A stretch of 64,000 bases of DNA, from positions 7,203 to 71,202 of the forward strand of contig CAIOGI010000009.1 of NCBI GenBank assembly GCA_903857825.1, in the 5' to 3' direction. Below, one piece after another: positions 57,530 through 64,000 of this stretch. Each line of letters starts with the position of its first letter. Positions within the stretch are counted from its first letter, which is position 1. Made by a program: the position numbers and the translations under genes. The notes under the pieces were generated by a model. It searched no databases. It was not told the origin of the DNA and saw nothing but the letters and a program-made list of their open reading frames with translations. Source of the DNA: Candidatus Tayloriibacteriota bacterium (GTDB taxonomy: Bacteria; Patescibacteriota; Minisyncoccia; Phycocordibacterales; PALSA-1337).

Positions 57530-58039
57530 TTAGTGTATCATCTCCATACCCATGTTCTGCTGCAATATCTCTGGCTGTTTCCAACCGAGTATTGAAGGGT
57601 TCAACATGCCGAATATCATGGCAATATGAGCAACGATTAGAAACACAGCAACAAATATTGCATGTGTCTTTAGTTTTTCCTCAGGACTCTTACCTTTCTT
57701 GATAAGACCAAACTCCAATAGTGCCAAACCAGCCAAAGGAATGACCCCTGCAAGATAGAATCCGACTGCGATTATGTCTCCTATCCCCCTCCACTCTCCT
57801 CCTAACGTTAATGGAATAACGGCATTGATAAATAGATATATGAATACACCGACGAAATATACACCAACCATCATACCTGCGATTGAATTCACTTTTTTCC
57901 ACCAATTAGAGAATTTTCTAGTAAACAAAAGATAAAGCTCTGTAACGGCTATTGTCTCGGCAAGAATAACTGGTATCGCCATGAATAATATTAGATTCCA
58001 AGGCTGATTATCAGCCAAGAGCTGCATATAATGTGTCAT
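57530..58039 (-). CDS. Membrane protein (DUF6803-like)
   Basis: MTHYMQLLADNQPWNL...HIAMIFGML. Confidence 0.7.
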   Translation of the reverse strand: MTHYMQLLADNQPWNLILFMAIPVILAETIAVTELYLLFTRKFSNWWKKVNSIAGMMVGVYFVGVFIYLFINAVIPLTLGGEWRGIGDIIAVGFYLAGVIPLAGLALLEFGLIKKGKSPEEKLKTHAIFVAVFLIVAHIAMIFGMLNPSILGWKQPEILQQNMGMEMIH

Positions 58040-58076
58040 TTTTTAATTAATTAGAATTAGTAATAGAAGCAAAAAA

Positions 58077-58448
58077 CTAATTCGTAGGAGGTGATCGTAA
58101 ATTTATTGCTTGCCATTTCAATTCCCCACGTTTGAGTACAAAGTAACTAAAAAAGGTTTCTGCATTAAGTAGACCACTTCTAAGAACTTTTAAATTAGAA
58201 AAGTATAAAACCAATAAAAGCAATATTGAAGTCGCGAAAAGTACAATAGATATAATGGTGGCGAGAGAAAGTGAACCAGCATGATCAATGTGTGAATTTG
58301 CTGAGATAGGAACATTATGAGTATGACCAGCGTGACCAGTGTGAGCTGTTGGCAAACTGATATGTGAACATAGGATAAAAGACAGGCTAAGTGAGAGAAT
58401 TATTATTGCGGAAAAAGTATTATTAAATCTAAAATTCCTAATGTTCAT
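58077..58448 (-). CDS. His-rich small membrane protein
   Basis: HTGHAGHTH loop; C-terminal RSPP. Confidence 0.5.
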   Translation of the reverse strand: MNIRNFRFNNTFSAIIILSLSLSFILCSHISLPTAHTGHAGHTHNVPISANSHIDHAGSLSLATIISIVLFATSILLLLVLYFSNLKVLRSGLLNAETFFSYFVLKRGELKWQAINLRSPPTN

Positions 58449-58487
58449 ATTCAGATTTTATCACAAACAATCATTCCTACCAATCAC

Positions 58488-58871
58488 CTATATAATATAA
58501 TGCCCAAAAACTAGAATACCAATAACAACAGCTACTGTGGCTGAAATAAGAACAGCACCCGCAGCAACGTCCTTTGTATCACGAGCATATGGATGATATG
58601 AGGGTGAAGTAAGGTCTATATCTATTTCAATAGCAGTATTAAATGCCTCAGAAACGAAAACAAAGCCAACTGCAAATACCAACATCATCCATTCAAATTT
58701 TGTAATATTAAAATATATACCAAGAACAATTACCAATACTAAAGCCATTAAGTGTATCCATGCATTATGAGTAGTTTTTATAAAAATCCAAACTCCTCTT
58801 CCTGCATGCACGAAGCTCTTTGCCCTTTTTATAATTGAAAACTTTTTACTAATATCTGTAGTGTTTGTCAT
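58488..58871 (-). CDS. Diacylglycerol/undecaprenol kinase (DgkA family)
   Basis: EAFNTAIE and KDVAAGAV motifs. Confidence 0.92.
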   Translation of the reverse strand: MTNTTDISKKFSIIKRAKSFVHAGRGVWIFIKTTHNAWIHLMALVLVIVLGIYFNITKFEWMMLVFAVGFVFVSEAFNTAIEIDIDLTSPSYHPYARDTKDVAAGAVLISATVAVVIGILVFGHYII

Positions 58872-58965
58872 TGCTTAATCGTAACACAAATGGGTCAAAA
58901 TCACATTTAGATTATTCTGAGTACTAAAGGCTGGACATTATTAGTGCATTGTGTAATATATGAAT

Positions 58966-59337
58966 GGAATTGCTTGCCTTGACAGAAGAAGGAGCAATCA
59001 GGAACAACAGAAGACCACTATTCGATGATAGTAGATAGTACTAGTGGCAACCCTCTGCCTGAAGCCTTCTTTCACTTAGGTCATATCCGCTGGAAATACG
59101 ACACTCTCGTGAATTCGGCGACAAGGCCTCTGTCCCTTAGGCTCAAACTGGGGCAGTGGTTAAAGTGAGGTGAATCGAGCACCTGAAAAAGGACAGAAGA
59201 GGCTGGCAAGGTTATCTGTAGCTTGGTAGTAATTGGATATACCACACAGACACGGCGTCGGTTTTCTCAGAGTCTGAAGCGTGGCATGTGAAAAGTGCTA
59301 AATTTACGCTATTGTCCTGAGGTGAGCAATTCCACCA
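58966..59337 (+). ncRNA. Unassigned ~372-nt structured RNA ending in ACCA
   Basis: 5' GGAATTGCTTGCCTT pairs with 3' GAGGTGAGCAATTCC; many internal hairpins; GC-richer than its flanks; no long ORF; terminator follows. Confidence 0.65.
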
Positions 59338-59340
59338 TCT

Positions 59341-59376
59341 TCTCCATAGGTACCGGACCTATGGAGATCTTCTTTT
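59341..59376 (+). terminator. Intrinsic terminator
   Basis: TCTCCATAGGT/ACCTATGGAGA stem plus T-rich tail. Confidence 0.8.
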
Positions 59377-59392
59377 ACTAAATTATCTATTT

Positions 59393-60022
59393 TCACTTAC
59401 TAGAGAAGGCATCATTTATTACCCGAAGTAATTCACCTGGTTTATAAATTATCTTAAATGGATTACCAATCTCTAGTCTTTCTTTCTCATGGAAACCCCA
59501 ACTGACCCCTATGCTTTTTACATTTAGAACGTTTGCTTCTCTGATATCTCCAAGTGTGTCGGTAACAAATACACAGTGCTCAGCATCAGTATTGTACTTT
59601 GAAAAAACCATTCTAATCTTTTCAACCTTGCTAGCATGTACATCATTACCCATTATTTCAATAAAGTATTGATCGATTTTATATCCTTTCAGTAAGTCTA
59701 CAATCATATCACTCATGGATGATGAAATAATGATCATTGAATATTCTTTCGACAATTCTTTAATTATCTCATCTATACCAGGTATCATTACTGCTGAATT
59801 TCGCATTCTAGGATTATATTCTTCAAAAAACTTTATATCGTGTCGGCATTTTTCATCATGCTTAATAGGATCAACTTTCACATCGTTAATATTGCCTTCA
59901 AAAATCTTTCTTTGTTCTTCTACGGTAACATTTGGGCACATCATTTTCTTTACTTCAAAGGCAATCTGAAATGAATCAACGATAACACCGTCAAAGTCGA
60001 AAAGTATAAATTTTGTTTTCAT
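59393..60022 (-). CDS. HAD-family hydrolase
   Basis: FDFDGVIVDS and VTDTLGD motifs; probable start MKTKF. Confidence 0.9.
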   Translation of the reverse strand: MKTKFILFDFDGVIVDSFQIAFEVKKMMCPNVTVEEQRKIFEGNINDVKVDPIKHDEKCRHDIKFFEEYNPRMRNSAVMIPGIDEIIKELSKEYSMIIISSSMSDMIVDLLKGYKIDQYFIEIMGNDVHASKVEKIRMVFSKYNTDAEHCVFVTDTLGDIREANVLNVKSIGVSWGFHEKERLEIGNPFKIIYKPGELLRVINDAFSSK

Positions 60023-60158
60023 AATTAATTTATAATCCATCTGAACTTTCAACATCAAAACTCTAGCCATAATATGATCACCTATTTCTCCACAGTCAAA
60101 GTATTTTCATTTTATGTATCAACGCTACTCGAATGCAATAACTTATTTTGCGAAATTG

Positions 60159-60229
60159 CTGCGGGACTTGGAATCGGACCAAGATTTTCTCCTTCAAAGG
60201 GAGACGTACTACCATTATACGATCCCGCA
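60159..60229 (-). tRNA. tRNA-Gln(TTG)
   Basis: TGCGGGA/TCCCGCA acceptor stem; TCTCC-CTTTGAA-GGAGA anticodon arm; CTTGG-TCCGATT-CCAAG T arm; CCA not encoded. Confidence 0.92.
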
Positions 60230-60906
60230 ATTTTCTAAAATACCCTTAATCCAACCTGCAATCTTGCGATTCAAATCAGTACTTGCAACTATATTAACCC
60301 GTAAAAGGCCAATATACAAGACTCCTGTATTTTTCGTCTAGTATTTATCTTATTCTTCTTAAAATAAATATTATTAAAGAAACTTAGTGGTAGATTGAGA
60401 TAATTACTCCACAATTTTTTAACCTCCATTATTCTATCACTGTGAGATTCATGTATATACAAACTTAATATTAAGTCATCATTTTTTAGTCCTATACATT
60501 CCTTAATCCATTTTATAAATAATGCAATCATTTTTGGATCAGAATTAGAGAAACTGACTCTACTTGATGGCCTATAGTCTTTCTCTTTAGCACCTTCTGC
60601 CCAGTATAGAGCAGTACCAATTAACCATAACTCCCTTTTGGATATAGATTTTATATCTTTTAATGCATTTTCGATCAAATCTGTTTGCTTTTTTATTCTC
60701 TTACTCCTCTGTGCATCTGCACCTCGCTTTTGTGCTTGTTGCCTTTTCACAGTTATGTTCTGTCTTTGAGCAACACTAAGACCGACCTCTCTTAGCCAGA
60801 GAGATATTGTAGATTTCGCAACAGGAACTTCTTTCATAATTTCAGAGTATGTTTTTCCTTGCTTGCGAAGAGTTATTGCTTTTTGCTTTAAGTCTTGCTT
60901 TACCAT
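60215..60906 (-). pseudogene. HTH plus LAGLIDADG-like protein, frameshifted at an A5 run (60330-60334)
   Basis: LRKQGKTYSEI HTH, LYWAEG and FSNSDP motifs; the -1 frame supplies ...GLLRVNIVASTDLNRKIAGWIKGILENCGIV*. Confidence 0.7.
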
Positions 60907-61010
60907 TATCGAACAAAGATTGTTAGTATCATTATATTATATCTGGGTTCGAAGGCAAAAAGAAAACGCCAGATCTCTCCAGCGTGTTGTGATTTAGACA
61001 AAGACAACTC

Positions 61011-61745
61011 CTACTTTTCATCCTCCATACGATAGCAAACAATGAAATCCTTACCTCGGCAAAGGGTCCCTGGATCTTCCTCGGCACCATAGTATAATTG
61101 CAAATCTTGGCAATATTCGAACGCATACCGAGTGCCGCACTGAGATCTCAAGTATGGATATATTGTGCATTTAGCTTCACCACATCTCGGTATCGTAACC
61201 AACCTTACCTTTGGGAAGATAATCCGACCACCTTTATTGATGATTTCCCACCAAGACTTAGGAATAAATTCCTGATGATGCATTAACCATTCACCATGCC
61301 AGAAACTGCAGACTACTATCTTGGTGCTTGAAATGTCTTTCAACCCATCTAATACACTCTTAAGTGTTAGTGATTTTACTGGTGTATTTTTTGGGAATGG
61401 CGACATCAAGAATAGCGTTTCGAGATTAATCTGCTCATCAAACAGATGGAGATCTTCAGGCTCCACTTTGTAATGGTAGCGATTGCCTTCTCGGAATTTC
61501 CATGATTCCCCTTCGCCACATTTACTTGAATCATACATTTTAACAAGTCCAGACTGTAGCTGTAAATTGACCAGTCCTAAATGTGCCAAGTATGCCACAC
61601 GAGCCAAACCTTTACTAGCATCTCCGAATTTTGTATCAGGTAGTTGCCTGACAAATTCTTCAAACGAGCCGTCAGTAAAACCAGCAGCCTGCATTTTCTT
61701 TGAGAAATCTTCAAGAAGCCGAGCCGCATAGACGAATGTGTTCAT
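61011..61745 (-). CDS. Hypothetical protein
   Basis: 244-aa ORF. Confidence 0.6.
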   Translation of the reverse strand: MNTFVYAARLLEDFSKKMQAAGFTDGSFEEFVRQLPDTKFGDASKGLARVAYLAHLGLVNLQLQSGLVKMYDSSKCGEGESWKFREGNRYHYKVEPEDLHLFDEQINLETLFLMSPFPKNTPVKSLTLKSVLDGLKDISSTKIVVCSFWHGEWLMHHQEFIPKSWWEIINKGGRIIFPKVRLVTIPRCGEAKCTIYPYLRSQCGTRYAFEYCQDLQLYYGAEEDPGTLCRGKDFIVCYRMEDEK

Positions 61746-61842
61746 TATTTTCTTCCTTATTCAATTGTAATTTGTTCAACCACTAAAACAAATAATATAC
61801 TTAATGAGTTAATCAAATATAGCGAAGGCGCCTTCGGTAAAA

Positions 61843-62469
61843 CTAAATCCCTAGAGCATCAGTAGATGCGTCGAGAAATGAATCATACTTAGTCATCTTC
61901 TTTTTCCAATCACTTACAAACTTTAACAATTCCCTTTTAGCAATCTTGTCTTTTATTTTTTGAATCTTCTCTTTGAGTTTTGGTGCAATCAACTCAATAT
62001 CATTCTTCTTCAATTGTCCATTAAACAATTTGTAATGTGTAACTTCTAGATAATCAGCAACTTTTGCTATATGTGCCTCATCTGATTCTGAATCTAGGAT
62101 TTCCCTTGTAAGGTCTTGAACGTCTTTTTGATTATTAAAATACTTAGAAAGAAATTTTTGATTTTCTTCTTCAAATTTCTTTGCGCATGTGCGAGCAGCT
62201 GGATTTGCCTTTGCATAGTACATGCCGATATCACCGCCAAATAGTTCTCCGATATCGTGTAGCAAGCAAAACTTTGTAACTTTATGTATATCAATATTTG
62301 CCCCTTTTGAATTTACGAATTCAGAAAGTTGCCAACCTAGCATGGTCACTAAATAGTGATGTTCAGCAAGATTTCCGATCCTGGTATTACCTCCAGCTAC
62401 AGCATAGCCATATTGAGGCTGTATTCGACTGATTTGTAATATGTTGGTTAATTCAATAATATTATTCAC
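61843..62469 (-). CDS. HD-domain phosphohydrolase (YfbR-like)
   Basis: LAEHH, LLHDIGELFGGDI and KVAD motifs. Confidence 0.88.
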   Translation of the reverse strand: MNNIIELTNILQISRIQPQYGYAVAGGNTRIGNLAEHHYLVTMLGWQLSEFVNSKGANIDIHKVTKFCLLHDIGELFGGDIGMYYAKANPAARTCAKKFEEENQKFLSKYFNNQKDVQDLTREILDSESDEAHIAKVADYLEVTHYKLFNGQLKKNDIELIAPKLKEKIQKIKDKIAKRELLKFVSDWKKKMTKYDSFLDASTDALGI

Positions 62470-62600
62470 GAGTTAATAATACATTTTGAAAAATATAAAA
62501 AAAGTGAGGATATACTCGGCAAATGAAGGGCCAATTTGAACCAAAAAAAACCGCCACTCGAGGTGACGGCAGTTTCGCAAAACCAAAAGTGGAGATTCGC

Positions 62601-63173
62601 TCACTTTGGCCTCTTTGGCCTATAGCGAACAAAGATCTGGCAAATCGAGGAAAAGCTTTGCATCCTATACATGTCTCCGAAAAGTAGGCAAGTCTTCCCT
62701 TTTGCATCATTCTCAAAAGAGAATATTCCATCATCAAGTTCGCGAGACTTTAGTGGACGAATTCCGACCCAATGATCGGTCACTATGGGTACCTTCCCAA
62801 AGAGGTTTAGTAAAATGATGGCGTCATAAACTTTGCAAAACGAAACTTGTCCGTGATGTAGGTGCTGATTAATCGAATCAAAAGTATCATCGGACAATAA
62901 TTCTCCTCGACCAATGATTCTATCTCCTCCAAACATAGACCATGAGATGGACGCAAAATGTATGATGCTACTGCTATCTTCGTCGTCGAGCAGAAAGTGT
63001 CTATCATCAATTTCATCAGGCCGACTTACGAATTCAGCGCGCCCGACCAAGTATTCTACTTGATAAATCAGTGACCGCACTTTCAATTTATCCAATTCTG
63101 CTTGAGACATTCTCAGTGAATGTTCAGCAAAAATGCACTTATCTAGTTCAGGAACCGACGGTGTAACTTTCAT
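62601..63173 (-). CDS. Hypothetical protein
   Basis: 190-aa ORF. Confidence 0.55.
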   Translation of the reverse strand: MKVTPSVPELDKCIFAEHSLRMSQAELDKLKVRSLIYQVEYLVGRAEFVSRPDEIDDRHFLLDDEDSSSIIHFASISWSMFGGDRIIGRGELLSDDTFDSINQHLHHGQVSFCKVYDAIILLNLFGKVPIVTDHWVGIRPLKSRELDDGIFSFENDAKGKTCLLFGDMYRMQSFSSICQIFVRYRPKRPK

Positions 63174-63271
63174 ATTGATAGATTTCTGTGATGTATTTGT
63201 TTTTGTGATACCAGCCTCAATAAATATATCCGTATTCGATGTTAAAACTAGTGAGCTATTACTCGGTAAAA

Positions 63272-63988
63272 CTATATCTTGTCACTCTTTATTACTTCTT
63301 CGAAAATAAATGGCATTTTATAAATTGAGCCATCTTTTATCGCTTTCAAAACTGTTACTATTGTGTTTATAGAATCATATTCGTCAATCTGTTCATTTTT
63401 AATAGCTTCATCTATCGGTACCCACATATTATGCCCAAAGTCGCTGTCCTCAATGAGGTCTCCAAAGTATTCATCAGCATGGGCAATTGGGAACATTACA
63501 TCAGAAAATATTTCACCCGCTTTATACATTATTCTTCTTTCACAACCGACAAGTCGAAAGTCTGCATCGAGTCCTGTTTCTTGCTTTAATTTCCTAGTAG
63601 CAGCAGGCTCTATAAGTTCCCCCTTCAAAACAACCCCGCCCATTACACCCACCTTGCCATATGAGGGATTGGACTTTCTAACTTGATTTAGAATCTCTAT
63701 TTTCTTATCAACAATGCGCGAGACTATTGTTATTACATTTATTTTGAACAAACTAGTTATGGCGTCATTGGTAGTATATGGATCCGCAACATGTTTTATG
63801 CCAGTTTCAGAAAGTGAGTATCCATCACCTGTTTTTATAACAAAATCTTTCTTGACCAAGAATTGAAGATGATAATTGTAAAGATCATTTGGAATCTTTT
63901 CAGGCTGCATTTCACTATAGCGAAGAGACTTAGCGTTCTTCAGCTTTGATAGTATGTGATTTTGAATTGGGGAGAAGTTGTGGAGCAT
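63272..63988 (-). CDS. wHTH plus NUDIX domain protein
   Basis: N-terminal HTH (YNYHLQFL); GGVVLKGE...AATRKLKQETGL degenerate Nudix box. Confidence 0.85.
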   Translation of the reverse strand: MLHNFSPIQNHILSKLKNAKSLRYSEMQPEKIPNDLYNYHLQFLVKKDFVIKTGDGYSLSETGIKHVADPYTTNDAITSLFKINVITIVSRIVDKKIEILNQVRKSNPSYGKVGVMGGVVLKGELIEPAATRKLKQETGLDADFRLVGCERRIMYKAGEIFSDVMFPIAHADEYFGDLIEDSDFGHNMWVPIDEAIKNEQIDEYDSINTIVTVLKAIKDGSIYKMPFIFEEVIKSDKI

Positions 63989-64000
63989 TATGATTTATTA

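Noticed and set aside
58966..59337. Assignment as tmRNA, RNase P RNA, SRP RNA or retron ncRNA
   Set aside because: No T-arm or G3:U70 pair, no GGAAAGUCC, no SRP loop and no adjacent RT; left unassigned.
1..64000. Alternative genetic code (TGA or TAG reassignment)
   Set aside because: Conserved genes are full length under code 11 and end in TGA, TAG or TAA; only one isolated in-frame TAG was seen.

Overview
AT-rich bacterial chromosome segment using genetic code 11. Its gene content and style (many apparently leaderless genes, an HTH/LAGLIDADG-like gene beside a tRNA) suggest Patescibacteria/Parcubacteria, which is an inference. About 0.6-46.2 kb looks like an integrated temperate siphophage-like element. 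It has a tyrosine integrase with a structured 5' leader and ~19 kb of cargo (surface glycosylation cluster, nucleases, and an R-M system with a LexA-methyltransferase fusion). It also carries lysis, tail, HK97-type head, terminase, methylase and replication modules. From 48 kb on are host genes (gap, pyrD, alkD-like, MFS, rdgB, dgkA-like, tRNA-Gln) and an unassigned ~370-nt structured RNA. The strongest unexplained signal is four extra diverged copies of the last ~16-27 codons of gap (GAPDH), at ~520-612, 46103-46174, 46522-46573 and 47155-47235. Each heads one unit downstream of gap: a single orphan gene in three cases and the prophage in the fourth. Three copies have a promoter-like element and an ATG just upstream. 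This suggests an integron-like stack of cassettes that uses the GAPDH 3' end as its recombination site.
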